Source: Octopus bimaculoides (lineage: Eukaryota). From it: a stretch of DNA of 64,000 nt. Position numbers and translations under genes: made by a program. The DNA lies in NCBI RefSeq assembly GCF_001194135.2, contig NC_068984.1:117401117-117465116 (forward strand), written 5' to 3'. Below, one piece after another: positions 1 through 12,096 of this stretch (within the stretch, counting starts at the first letter, position 1; each line of letters opens with the position of its first letter). The notes below the pieces were generated by a model. The model saw nothing but the letters and a program-made list of their open reading frames with translations. It was not told the origin of the DNA and searched no databases.

Positions 1-231
1 GTGACAAGGCTGACCCTTTGAATTACAGGCACAACAGAAACAGGAAGTAACAGTGAGAGAAAGTGGTGGTGAAAGAGTACAGCAAGGTTCGCGACCGTCC
101 CCTGCCGGAGCCTCATGGAGCTCTAAGTGTTTTCGCTCAATAAACACTCACAACGCCCGGTCTGGGAATCGAAAGCGCGATCCTATGACCGCGAGTTTGC
201 TGTCCTAACCACTGGGCCATTGCGCCTCCAC
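1..231 (-). mobile_element. tRNA-derived SINE family A, 5' portion (cut by window edge)
   Basis: Reverse complement reads GTGGAGGCGCAATGGCCCAGTGGTTAGGACAGC...CGCTTTCGATTCCCAGACCGGGCG (A- and B-box-like head). Near-identical to the copies at 31085, 39017, 43147 and 52930. Confidence 0.9.
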
Positions 232-249
232 CTAGAGTGACATAGACAT

Positions 250-603
250 GGTACATAATTCAGAGATCAGGAAGTCTCTCCAGGTCAAATCACTCTTTCT
301 CTGCATTGAGAGATTACAGCTCTTCTTGTACAGTGGACATGTGATTAGAATGTCACAGGTAAGAATTGCTAAACAGAATCTTCAAGTCAAGCCAACCATT
401 AGGAGACCTAGGGGTAGACCAAGAATCAGATGGGTGGGTAATATCCATAGTTTCAGTTAATCATGCTTGGCAAACCAGCCAAAAAGTGCAATGGTGGTTG
501 CTTCTAATGGGACCCTATGGAGAAGATGCCTGCAAACTCTACCCACATGAACCTCCCAGAAAGTGGATGAAGAAAATGGCTGGATGAATGAATGGATAGA
601 TGG
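250..603 (+). mobile_element. RTE-clade (Expander/Rex3-like) LINE 3' fragment, decayed
   Basis: Translation NSEIRKSLQVKSLFLCIERLQL..GHVIRMSQVRIAKQNLQVKPTIRRPRGRPRIRW matches the RTE C-terminal pattern (IERxQLRWxGHVxRM...RPRGRPRxRW). It ends in a TGGA/TGAA tandem tail. Confidence 0.8.
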
Positions 604-898
604 AAATAAATTTTCTAAGTGGAACATTTTGAAACCATCGACTTGCTTAAATCTGTGTTTTTCTTCTTTTTCTTTAATGGTTTGATTGGAGGATGAGGGA
701 CAGAGTCCATAAACATTTTCAGGGCATCGGTGACTAATGGGAAGAAGGGAGGGATTTATACTCAGACCTGAGACCTGGTTCAAATGCTGTACGGTGTGGT
801 CAAACACCAAACAATAAGGGTGCAAAACAAACCTCATAACCACAAAACCATATTCATGCATGAACAAAAATGAGTCAGGAAGAAAGGGTTATGAAACA

Positions 899-1540
899 CT
901 TTACTCTTTTACTCTTTTACTTGTTTCAGTCATTTGACTGTGGCCATGCTGGAGCACCCCCTTTTAGTCGAGCAAATCGACCCCAGGACTTATTCTTTGG
1001 AAGCCTCGTACTTATTCTATCGGTCTCTTTTGCCGAACCGCTAAGTTACGTGGACGTAAACACACCAGCATCGGTTGTCAAGCGATGTTGGGGGAACAAA
1101 CACAGACATGCAAACATATACACACACACACAAACATATATATATATATATATATATANNNNNNNNNNNNNNNNNNNNNNNNNNNNNNNNNNNNNNNNNN
1201 NNNNNNNNNNNNNNNNNNNNNNNNNNNNNNNNNNNNNNNNNNNNNNNNNNNNNNNNNNNNNNNNNNNNNNNNNNNNNNNNNNNNNNNNNNNNNNNNNNNN
1301 NNNNNNNNNNNNNNNNNNNNNNNNNNNNNNNNNNNNNNNNNNNNNNNNNNATATATATATATATACATACATATATACAACGGGCTTCTTTCAGTTTCCG
1401 TCTACCAAATCCACTCACAAAGTTTTGGTCGGCCCGAGGCTATAGTAGAAGACACTTGCCCAAGGTGCCACGCAGTGGGACTGAACCCGGAACCATGTGG
1501 TTGGTAAGCAAGCTACTTACCACACAGCCACTCCTACGCC
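899..1540 (-). mobile_element. SINE family C, full length with internal microsatellite (gap inside)
   Basis: tRNA-like head (GGCTGTGTGGTAAG...GGGTTCAGTCCC), CCTTGGGCAAGTGTCTT motif, (TA/TG)n hinge, conserved 3' half and (AAAAGAGT)n tail. Confidence 0.9.
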
Positions 1541-1789
1541 TTTGTCAAAGAATTAAAAATAAAAATGGAAGAAAAAAATTAATTTTTTTTTTACCTGTCA
1601 TTAGAAAATACCACAGTGATGAAAGGAACAGGCCATAGTGTCATTTGAGATTTCCAATGCGGGAACACATCTTAAATGGTCTATGTCTGAAAAATAGATT
1701 TAAATGAATGAATATATGAATATATAAATAACAGATATTTGTTTGATTAGTTCTAGACTATTTTGTTTATTTTTGTATGTTTATCATAA

Positions 1790-1935
1790 TGGGTCTTGAC
1801 ACAGTGTTCCAATCAGCTTTCTCTCCAGAGATTTGGGGAGATCTCTCTCACCAACATTCTCCAACCAATGGACTTCAGAAGTGCTATTTCTGTATTCTGT
1901 CCTTTCGATTGCAACGACAATGGCCCCTGCTCCTT
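1790..1935 (-). mobile_element. Possible relic of a restriction-like-endonuclease LINE C-terminus
   Basis: Frameshifted VAIERT...LLKSIGWRM...RES*L loosely resembles the AIETxG...LxxIGRR...RExxWLxQR pattern. Weak similarity, judged by eye. Confidence 0.25.
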
Positions 1936-2785
1936 AGAACTAGTTAGCTAGCTATATACCAACATTATATCTTGCTGAAAGGAGAAGCATTTAGTAATGA
2001 GCAGTGAATCAGAAAGCAGTACACCAGACTTTATAAGCAACACAGCAATTTGCAAAACTGAGTGGAAGCACTTTCTCAGTAAGAACATATAATAATGAAC
2101 TTATTGCATACAGTGCTCAGAAAAAGTAACCAAAAGTGCATGAACAGTACATAGAATAATGCATAGGAATGAACAGTGAATGAGCTATTTAAAAAGAAGT
2201 GGTGGTGGTGGAGGGGCATCAGGTGTACTGTTGATGAATTTCAGGAAGCATATATAACTGGGGTAAAATTTAAGACAAAAATCTTAAAATTTGTTAATAC
2301 AAATTTATAAGCCTTGGCCTAATACAAACAAAAATAGTATAAAAAGAAAAATCAATATAAAAACTGCAGATATTGAAAGACAAATAGATAAATTGTTACT
2401 TGGTTGACTACTTGGTGATTATTACACACTCACACTTTTTTTGGGGAAAAAAAAATCAATCACCGTTTTTGTAATGGCTATTCCATGCATATTGGAAATA
2501 TATTGTGAGGTATGAAAACTTGGAACACAATTGTAATACCACTTGAGACTAGAAATTCTTTTGTGTGCGACACNNNNNNNNNNNNNNNNNNNNNNNNNNN
2601 NNNNNNNNNNNNNNNNNNNNNNNNNNNNNNNNNNNNNNNNNNNNNNNNNNNNNNNNNNNNNNNNNNNNNNNNNNNNNNNNNNNNNNNNNNNNNNNNNNNN
2701 NNNNNNNNNNNNNNNNNNNNNNNNNNNNNNNNNNNNNNNNNNNNNNNNNNNNNNNNNNNNNNNNNNNNNNNNNNNNNNNNNNNNN

Positions 2786-2814
<29 letters not shown>

Positions 2815-2819
<5 letters not shown>

Positions 2820-3075
2820 TCATTATCATCATCACCATTTAATGTCTATTTTCTCTGTTGGCACAGGCTGAATGGTTTGACAGGAGCTGGCAAGCCAGAG
2901 GACTGCACCAGGCTCTCATGTCTACTTCGGCATGGTCTCTATGGCTGAATGTCCTTTCTAATGCCAACTACTTGACAGAGTGTAACGGGTGCTTTTAACA
3001 TGACACCAGCACTAGTGAGGACACCAAGAAACTTGCAAGACAAGACTCCTCAACTGAGCAGTGAGTAGTCGTGTG
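2815..3075 (-). mobile_element. SINE family E, degenerate 3' part
   Basis: (CAT)n tail followed by sequence similar to the reverse complement of the E 3' region (ATGGCTGAATGTCCTTTCTAATGCCAAC). Confidence 0.55.
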
Positions 3076-3454
3076 GAGGGAGGTAGTTTTGTGTCAGGTG
3101 ATGAGAGATTAAAGCATGATAGTTGGATAGAAACAGGTGTCTTTGCTGTAGAGGGACAACTAGTCCAGTAGGAAAAGAGGAGAGAAAGAGAGAGAGAAAG
3201 AAGAGAGACAGACAGACAGAGAAGATGGTGGTAAAGATGTGTCTGGGTGTACCATCAAGCTACAGGGAAGTGAGTATAACTGAAGTGGTAGAGAGGATTA
3301 GAGAGGGTGAGTGGGCAGGTAAGTTTACAAGAATGCAAAAGGAGAGTGGGAGATACATGAGAGGGGGAATGCAGTGAGTGAACACTGTTTATTGCATTAT
3401 GTAAATTACACGTCCACTAGAGTACCCAGGGATGGATTAAGACTCACAGAGGCC

Positions 3455-3895
3455 CTTCTTTTCTTTTCTTTCTTGCCTTTAACCCTCCAGCGTGGAGTAT
3501 AGGCCACTTATAATTAAATTCCATGTCGCATAATTTTTCGCTTCTTTACTTATTCTCTGCCATAAATGTCCCCTTTTCTCTAGTTCCTTTTGTGTTGATC
3601 TACGCCATGAGTTCTTAGACCTACCCCTCTTTCTATATCCATCCGGATTCCACTGTAAAGCACTTTTTGCTGCATTTGGTGTGTCCTTTCTAATTGTGCT
3701 ACCAATCCACTTCCACTTTTTGTTAAATATTTGCTCTCTAATCAAAACTTGATTCGTTCTTTGCCATAGCTTCATATTGCTTATGTGTTCGGGCCATCTG
3801 ATTTTAAGTATACTACGCAAGCACCTGTTGATGAATAATTGTATTTGCTTATTTGACTTAACCACTTCAAAGATTTTGGAGCCCCCATATACATG
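3455..3895 (-). mobile_element. RTE-clade LINE 3' fragment (SR2/RTE-X-like), 5'-truncated
   Basis: ORF 3479-3925 contains QIQLFINRCLRSILKIRWPEHISN..LWQRTNQ..I..KKWKWIG..IRK....AKSALQWNPDGYRKRGRSKNSWRR, a typical RTE C-terminus. An A-rich (AAAAG) tail follows the stop. Confidence 0.88.
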
Positions 3896-4271
3896 TAATT
3901 CAAAATATAGACAACAATAAACCATAAAATGAATTTTTATTTTTCGAAATGAAACAAAACTAACAGTAAGATGGAGAATAATGTTTATTTTTGTATAAGT
4001 CCATCTTATTTATATTTCGAAAATTTTCTCTTACTTTTTTTTAATGGCAAAGTCTTTGATCAGATCCTCACTATGAAACAATGAACACTTCGAAATTATA
4101 TTTACGATCATATAAACCACTTCGAGTGTTATTTTAGCAAGTTTAAAGTGATATCTTTTGAGCTGTAAATCCTTTACCATCTCTGTGGTGCCCAATTTCC
4201 CCTGATGCCCTAGCATGTGTTTATTCTGCTTAATGGTTAATCTATATCTGCTAGTACCAAATATAACTAAC

Positions 4272-4588
4272 TAGCACTCCATTAGTTATGATGACGAGGG
4301 TTCCGGTTGATTGGATCAATGGAACAGCCTGCTTGTGAAATTAATGTGCATGTGAGCACTCCACAGACACGTGTACCCTTAACATAGTTCTCTGGGAGAT
4401 TCAGTGTGAGACATACTGGTACTACTCATTTTTGAAATTCTGGTACTACGCATTTTTGCCAGCTAAGTCAACTGGAATAACATAAAATAAAGTGTCTTGC
4501 TCAAGGACACAATGCATCGCCAGGAACTGAACATACAACCTTGCAATCATGAGTCGAATACCCTAAGCACTGAGCCACATGCCTTCAC
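4272..4588 (-). mobile_element. SINE family A2 (same head and tail as A, different middle)
   Basis: tRNA-like head, middle TTGTGTCCTTGAGCAAGACACTTTA, and the family-A 3' region (GTGTCTGTGGAGTGCTC...GGAACCCTCGTC). Confidence 0.8.
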
Positions 4589-6177
4589 TAGTACTTAATA
4601 TAAGGAGTAAACTTTAATTCATCAAAATGTTTTTCAGTATCATCATCATTTTAATTTCCACTTTTCCATGTTTGCATGGGTCAGATGGAATAATTCATCG
4701 GAGCAAATTTTCTATGGCTGGATACATTTCCTACTGCCAAGTCAGATCTGTTTCCGAAGTATCATTCCCCAAAGTCCAGACATGTTTTCACAGAAGACTG
4801 GAAATGGAGGACATCACTTGTATGATGGAGATGCTTATTTACAACTATCACATGATGACAAGACAATGAAACGCAAGCACATACACACACATGCACACAT
4901 ATAAATACACACATACACACACGCATGCTCAGTATATCACCACCTTCCTGAATTATCTAGACTCATGTCGTCAGCCCATTGGGTTTGTTTCCCTTGACTC
5001 TTGTTTTGTAATCACTTATTAGGTATGCGCTTAAGCAAAACATAATCTTCTGTTTATTTGAAATTATTTCGAGAAAATATTTCAGTGAGAATTGGGTATT
5101 CAGCTGTAAAACACCTGAGATGTTAAATGAAAAAAAAAAAGCAAAAAAAAAAATGGAAGATAAAGAAAAATAATCAAGCAAATCATCGTCGTCATCGTCA
5201 TCATCATCATCATCATCNNNNNNNNNNNNNNNNNNNNNNNNNNNNNNNNNNNNNNNNNNNNNNNNNNNNNNNNNNNNNNNNNNNNNNNNNNNNNNNNNNN
5301 NNNNNNNNNNNNNNNNNNNNNNNNNNNNNNNNNNNNNNNNNNNNNNNNNNNNNNNNNNNNNNNNNNNNNNNNNNNNNNNNNNNNNNNNNNNNNNNNNNNN
5401 NNNNNNNNNNNNNNNNNNNNNNNNNNNNNNNNNNNNNNNNNNNNNNNNNNNNNNNNNNNNNNNNNNNNNNNNNNNNNNNNNNNNNNNNNNNNNNNNNNNN
5501 NNNNNNNNNNNNNNNNNNNNNNNNNNNNNNNNNNNNNNNNNNNNNNNNNNNNNNNNNNNNNNNNNNNNNNNNNNNNNNNNNNNNNNNNNNNNNNNNNNNN
5601 NNNNNNNNNNNNNNNNNNNNNNNNNNNNNNNNNNNNNNNNNNNNNNNNNNNNNNNNNNNNNNNNNNNNNNNNNNNNNNNNNNNNNNNNNNNNNNNNNNNN
5701 NNNNNNNNAGAGAGAGAGAGAGAGAAAGGAAGAGAGAGAGAGAGAGAGAGAAAGGAAGAGAGAGAGAGAGAGAAAGGAAGAGAGAGAGAGAGAGAAAGAA
5801 AGGAAGAGAGAGAGAGAGAAAGGAAGAGAGATAGATAAAGAGATAGAGAGAGTGAGAAATGGAGAAAAGTAAAAAGAATAGCTCAGCCAGCAAAACAAAG
5901 AAAAAACAAATTGGTTGCTTCCTTTGCATTCAAGTCCAACGCCCTAAATGCAGCAGAATCATCTAGCATACCAAAATAATAATATCACTAAATTATATTG
6001 AGGAAATGAAAGAAGAATATGAAATGCCAACACATACTCTAGAGCTGGAGATAGTTTTTAATGAATCAAGAATTCATGTTGTGTGGTATCTGATATACCT
6101 GTATTTGTTTATGTTGTTCATATGCATGCCTCTGGCCACTGAGTTATTTGTCTTAGTTCATTTTTGTTTAGATTATA

Positions 6178-6381
6178 CTATACTCTCATTTACTTGTTTC
6201 AGTCATTTGACTGCGGCCATGCTGGAGCACCGCCTCTAGTCGAGCAAATCGACCCCAGGACTTATTCTTTGGGTCTCTTTTGCCGAGCCGCTATGTTAAT
6301 GGGGACATAAACACACCAGCACGGTTGTCAAGCGATGTTGGGGGGACAAACACAGACACACAAACACATACACATATATAT
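6178..6381 (-). mobile_element. SINE family C 3' half running into a gap
   Basis: TTACTTGTTTCAGTCATTTGACTGCGGCCATGCTGGAGCACC...GGGGGACAAACACAGACAC. Confidence 0.85.
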
Positions 6382-6656
6382 NNNNNNNNNNNNNNNNNNN
6401 NNNNNNNNNNNNNNNNNNNNNNNNNNNNNNNNNNNNNNNNNNNNNNNNNNNNNNNNNNNNNNNNNNNNNNNNNNNNNNNNNNNNNNNNNNNNNNNNNNNN
6501 NNNNNNNNNNNNNNNNNNNNNNNNNNNNNNNNNNNNNNNNNNNNNNNNNNNNNNNNNNNNNNNNNNNNNNNNNNNNNNNNNNNNNNNNNNNNNNNNNNNN
6601 NNNNNNNNNNNNNNNNNNNNNNNNNNNNNNNNNNNNNNNNNNNNNNNNNNNNNNNN

Positions 6657-6708
<52 letters not shown>

Positions 6709-6715
6709 CTTTTAT

Positions 6716-6958
6716 CTTTTGCTTGTTTCAGTCATTAGGCTGTGGCCATTCTGGGCACTGCCTCGAAGGATTTTTAGTTGAATTATTTTTATTATACCTG
6801 GTACTTATTCTATCGGTCTCTTTTTGCTGAAGTGTTAGGTTATGGGGTTGTAAACACACCAACACTGGTTGTCAGTGGTAGTGGGGGACAGACACAAAGA
6901 CACACACATATATACATATATACATTCATTCATACATACATACATACATATATATATA

Positions 6959-7026
<68 letters not shown>

Positions 7027-7060
7027 TACATACATACATACATACATACATACATACATA
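6716..7060 (-). mobile_element. Degenerate SINE-C 3' half with expanded (TACA)n microsatellite
   Basis: Diverged C 3' half followed by about 150 bp of (TACA)n/(TA)n. Confidence 0.7.
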
Positions 7061-7121
7061 AATTATTAAGGTGTCTATCTACAATTTAAAAACCAAAAGG
7101 CACAAGTACAAATGTCACTGA

Positions 7122-7404
7122 AGTGACTAAGAGTGCAACTGAGCACCAGCACTGCTAGAAATAAGAGTCAAAACAACTCTTAGCCACAGGCAATCACTTA
7201 TCTATCAACTAACAAGGGAGACCAACCTCCCTAAAGCAAGTGATGTTGGAAAATTCCAAGCCCTGCACTACCAACACATGAAGCTCAATGTGTAGGGAGG
7301 TTGGTCTTCCTTATCAGTCAATAGATAAGTGCTTGCCCGTGTCTAAGAGTTGTTTTGACTCTTATTTCTAGCAATGCTGGTGCTCTTTTGCACACTTAGT
7401 CACT
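7122..7404. repeat. Palindromic MITE-like fold-back (about 112-bp arms)
   Basis: 7122-7233 is an imperfect inverted repeat of 7293-7404 (e.g. TGCTAGAAATAAGAGTCAAAACAACTCTTAG / CTAAGAGTTGTTTTGACTCTTATTTCTAGCA). Confidence 0.8.
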
Positions 7405-8819
7405 ATAGCGAAGTTTGCTTATATAGATACATACATATATATCAGGGATGTGCCGCCTAGGTAGACAAGGTAGGCAGTGTCTACCTTGAATAAAATACAT
7501 CAATAGCAACATTTTCCTTTCATGGCAAAGTATGCACCTAATTCAATAAAATTATGAAGGTTACTCTGATTACTATGCATAAAATGCAAAATATTTTATT
7601 TTTTGTAGATTAGGTAGGCATAATTCACCCCTGCCTTTCAATCTCAGTATTTAAGCTACGCATAGTACTGCTGTAGTACACGTGTTGTATACACTCCTAC
7701 AACAACGTTTTCTTTATGTGCTATAAAGGCAGAAGTAAATCTGCCTTCAACTCAGTCACACCCTGTATGTCGCTTATTTTTTGTGTGTTTTACTACATAA
7801 AGGTCACCAACTGCCTNNNNNNNNNNNNNNNNNNNNNNNNNNNNNNNNNNNNNNNNNNNNNNNNNNNNNNNNNNNNNNNNNNNNNNNNNNNNNNNNNNNN
7901 NNNNNNNNNNNNNNNNNNNNNNNNNNNNNNNNNNNNNNNNNNNNNNNNNNNNNNNNNNNNNNNNNNNNNNNNNNNNNNNNNNNNNNNNNNNNNNNNNNNN
8001 NNNNNNNNNNNNNNNNNNNNNNNNNNNNNNNNNNNNNNNNNNNNNNNNNNNNNNNNNNNNNNNNNNNNNNNNNNNNNNNNNNNNNNNNNNNNNNNNNNNN
8101 NNNNNNNNNNNNNNNNNNNNNNNNNNNNNNNNNNNNNNNNNNNNNNNNNNNNNNNNNNNNNNNNNNNNNNNNNNNNNNNNNNNNNNNNNNNNNNNNNNNN
8201 NNNNNNNNNNNNNNNNNNNNNNNNNNNNNNNNNNNNNNNNNNNNNNNNNNNNNNNNNNNNNNNNNNNNNNNNNTTGATATTAAAATTGTAACCTTCTCAT
8301 CAGGGAAAGCATGGGAATCATCTTAAACGTAAGACATTATGACCGATTATGAAAACAATAGATGGATAAGGTTATGACTTGATTCATTTGAAAAAAACCG
8401 TTAGAGAATTGGACGATGCCGGATAGTGGGTTGGACAACACATACCAATCAATGTGTAAGAGCGTACATGCATACATAAATACACATACACAAACACACA
8501 CATATACATGCATACTGTTACACACACACACACATATACATACATATATGCGTATATACACATACATACACATGTGCACCCGTATATACATATGTATACA
8601 TATATATACATATATACACACACACATATATACATATATATATGTATAGTTATGTGGAGAATGGAGAAACAAACACAAGAAGCAATTTGACTGGCCTAGT
8701 TAGCCATTGTTTTAATTATGTGGAGATTATATAATGAGTCATTTACGCACGTTTCAATTTGCCAAATGGTTTGGCAGATCTCTTCAGAATGTTGAGGAGT
8801 ATGTTAAGAGTTCATGGTG

Positions 8820-8824
<5 letters not shown>

Positions 8825-8896
<72 letters not shown>

Positions 8897-9064
8897 CATA
8901 CAATGGGCTTCTTTCAGTTTCCATCTTCCAAATCCACTCACAAAGCTTTGGTTGGTCCAAGGCTATATAGAAGACACTCACTCAAAGTGCTGTGCAGTAA
9001 CAACTAAATACAGAACCATGTGGTCGAGAAGCAAGCTTTTTACCACGCAGCCACACCTGCACCT
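8825..9064 (-). mobile_element. SINE-C head plus (TA)n
   Basis: (TA)n at 8826-8890, then GGGCTTCTTTCAGTTTCC...ACCACGCAGCCACACCTGC. Confidence 0.8.
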
Positions 9065-9496
9065 ATAGACATGTATATTGTATAACTGACTAACATGCAT
9101 ACAAATAAACAAATAAACTATAACCTTCTAAAACAACCGAGAGTGATGCGCAAGTCTGGAATTAATCCAAATCAGCTGTCCATCAACACGTTAAGTAAAC
9201 GAGATTCAAACTAGGATGTTAAAATGTATCTCTGTGAAATAATTTTAGATTTTATGTAAGAACTCCTTAAAAAGTATTGCATTTCAAAAGAAAATAACAT
9301 TTTGATTAACAAGAATTTTCTCTATAAATACTACATTTTTCGGTGCTAACAATCATAGGGTGAAAAATAACTTTTATAATCCTAAGAATGCCTTCATGTC
9401 CAGTTCATAGCTCTAGGTTCACTGCTTGGAGAAGATATGAAATAAACCTCCAACAGAATAGGATGCTGGTCTCTTATTACTAGTAAAACTGAAGGT

Positions 9497-9715
9497 GATG
9501 AGCCACCAGAATCATTAGTGTGCTGGACAAAATGCTTAGCAGCATTTCTCCCAAGCTTAATGTTCTGAGTTCAAATTCTGCCAAGGTCAACTTTGCTTTC
9601 ATCCCTTCAGGGGCAATAAAATAAGTACCAGTCAAGCACTGGAGTTGATGAAATCAACTAGGCTCCTCCCCACGAATTTCAGGCCTTGTGCCTACAGTAG
9701 AAAGAATTATTTCTG
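9497..9715 (+). mobile_element. SINE family B, degenerate
   Basis: GAGTTCAAATTCTGCCAAGGTCAACTTTGCTTTCATCCCTTCAGGGGCAATAAAATAAGTACCAG. Confidence 0.7.
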
Positions 9716-9959
9716 GTAAAATTCTTTGCCATTCCTATTTCAGACAGCCACATGAATTGAATTATATAGAATTATGAAATCTTACTAAATCCTCATCATC
9801 ATCATCATCATCATCATTTAAAGTCCGCTTTCCATGCTAGCATGGGTTGGACGATTTGACTGAGGACTGGTGGACCAGGAAATACCCGTAGTGGATTTGA
9901 TCTCAGCAGCTATGCTGTTCTTAGTTGCTGTTCACAACAACAACATAACTATCTTCATT

Positions 9960-9969
9960 TGATTTCAAG

Positions 9970-10007
<38 letters not shown>

Positions 10008-10230
10008 ATGTGTCTACATTTGTCCCCCTCCACTGCTTGACAACCAGTGTTCATGTATTTATGTCCCCCGTAATTTTAGTGATTCTGCAAAAGGACCGAT
10101 TGAATAAGTATAGCTTTAAAAAAATTTTTTCTAAGTGGTGGGGAGTTGATTCATTTGACTAAAAATTCTTCAAGATGGTGCTCCAGAATGGCTGTAGTCT
10201 AATGACAAACCAGTAAAAGATAAAAGATTA
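9960..10230 (+). mobile_element. SINE-C 3' half after (TG)n
   Basis: TTTGTCCCCCTCCACTGCTTGACAACCAGTG...GGTGCTCCAGAATGGCTGTAGTC. Confidence 0.7.
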
Positions 10231-10917
10231 AATAAAAATTGTTCTAATTCAACATAATGTGGCCCTCGGTCACACCACTGAATCCTTCATTTTCGATGAT
10301 CATTACATATAATATGCAATCTAAATCACCACTAAAGTCTTTTATATTCTTCCTGAGATTAGAACAGAAGCAGTAGCCAGATTTTTCTAGAAGCAAATGA
10401 TTTTTTCTTCTTTTTTTGTTGTTGTTGTTATAAATACATTCCTTTATACATTCTGTACCATTTTCTCTTCACAACAACTCTCAGAAGATTGTAGTTATAT
10501 TTAGAAGAGCTAAATATAGATATCATTAAAGTACTTTTTGCATTATTCTCTTTCTTTCTCTATTAAGAATGGGTCGAATTGCTCTGGAAACCTCAATTTC
10601 ATTCTTGTTGTTTAGTCTCCAGTCAGCCACGATTAAGCAGAACTATAATCAAATCCAATCCAACTGTGACCAAACCAATTAAATGTGTCATTTTTGAAGG
10701 TGGTTGTAAAACACCTTGAATGCAAAAGATTAGGGAAGGGAAAGAAGACCGTCTTTATCTGGTGAATCTAAGGCTAGCCAGTCTGACAGAACCAATTTCT
10801 CAAGAAATAATACAATAGTTGCTGAACTCATTGCTAAATGCAAACAAAACACTTGTCAATCAATTACACAATACTACGGCGTTTTCTATCAGTGACACAT
10901 ATTTAGCCATGCTTGGA

Positions 10918-11119
10918 TAGGCACAGGTGCGACTGTGCAGTTTAGAAGTCTACTTCCCACCTCATGGCTACAGGTACAGTCCCACTGTGTGGCATCTTGG
11001 ACAGGTGCGTCCTGTGATAGCCTCAAGTCAACCAAAGCCTTGTGAGTGGATTTCATAGACAGAAACTGAAAGAAGGCTGTCGTATACATACTTACATATA
11101 AATATATATACACAAACAA

Positions 11120-11160
<41 letters not shown>
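10918..11160 (+). mobile_element. SINE-C head plus TA/CA microsatellite (host of the mariner insertion)
   Basis: Degenerate C head ending AAAGCCTTGTGAGTGGATTTCATAGACAGAAACTGAAAGAAGG, then the microsatellite. Confidence 0.75.
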
Positions 11161-11161
<1 letters not shown>

Positions 11162-12060
11162 TGGGTCATCCCATAAATAATGCAGTTTTTTCAATTGCAT
11201 GAACTAAAAGTCAGAGGGGGACAGGATAAACTACCTGCATCAACTTGCTATAAAAGCAGGTAGTAATTTTACCTTGTCCTTATTCTTAGTGCAAGTTTTG
11301 AAGAGAGTAGTTCGATTTTAACAGTTATTTTTTCAAAGCTATAATGGAAGTGACAAAGGAGCATATTCAGCATATTTTGCTTCATGAGTTAAATAAAGGC
11401 AACAACATAACAGAAAGTGGGAGGAACATTAATGCAGTATATGAGGATTGAACAATAAGCGTAAGCGAGTGTCAATGATAGTTCCAAAAATTCTGAGCCG
11501 GAAACTACAGCATAGAGGACAAGCCTCATCCTGGAAGATCTGTGGAACTCAACAAGGACATGCTACAAACTCTGGTGGAATAAAATCCCATTGCAACTGT
11601 TGAGAAGTTTGGATTTGGCCATTCAAATCAAGACTAGAAGTAAAATGACCATCTTTGGTTTCAAGATGAAAGGTGTTCTTCCATCAGGATAATGCTCGGC
11701 CACATACAGTGAGGATGACATTCCAAAGGCTGGATCAGTTTGAATAGGAAATGATGCCCCATCCACCAAATTCGCCGGACATTGCCCCATCTAATTATAA
11801 TTTATTCAACAGTCTTCAAAATCATATGGATAGAAAATAAATGAAGTTTGTAGATGCAGTCAAAACAGTACTAGAGGAGTATTTTTCATCACAGTTAAAT
11901 GAATTTTGGAAGAGGGGCCTTGCAAGGTTACCAGACAGATAGGAGAGCATTGTAGAAAATGAAGGAGAGAATATTTTAGATTAAAAAAAGAACTTTGTTT
12001 ATCTTAATTTTAAAAATTAAAAGAAGTATAAAAAAACGCATCATTTATGGGATGACCCTA
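11161..12060 (+). mobile_element. mariner DNA transposon, internally deleted (900 bp)
   Basis: About 30-bp TIRs TTGGGTCATCCCATAAATAATGCAGTTTTTT / AAAAAAACGCATCATTTATGGGATGACCCTA, flanked by CA (left) and TA (right), enclosing a decayed transposase. Confidence 0.92.
11344..11984 (+). pseudogene. mariner transposase pseudogene (multiple stops, frameshift, central deletion)
   Basis: MEVTKEHIQHILLHELNKG...EDKPHPGRS (HTH region), then HQDNARPH and HPPNSPDIAPSNYNLF (YSPDLAPSDY-type motif) ending ENEGENILD*. The WVPHEL and first catalytic Asp regions are absent. Confidence 0.9.
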
Positions 12061-12096
12061 TATATATATATGTATATATATGTCCATATATATATT

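Noticed and set aside
7443-7633. hAT MITE (CAGGG...CCCTG)
   Set aside because: Terminal similarity is only about 5 bp and there is no 8-bp TSD. Not supportable.
11344-11984. Domesticated (SETMAR-like) mariner gene
   Set aside because: It has multiple in-frame stops, a frameshift and a central deletion, and it retains its TIRs.
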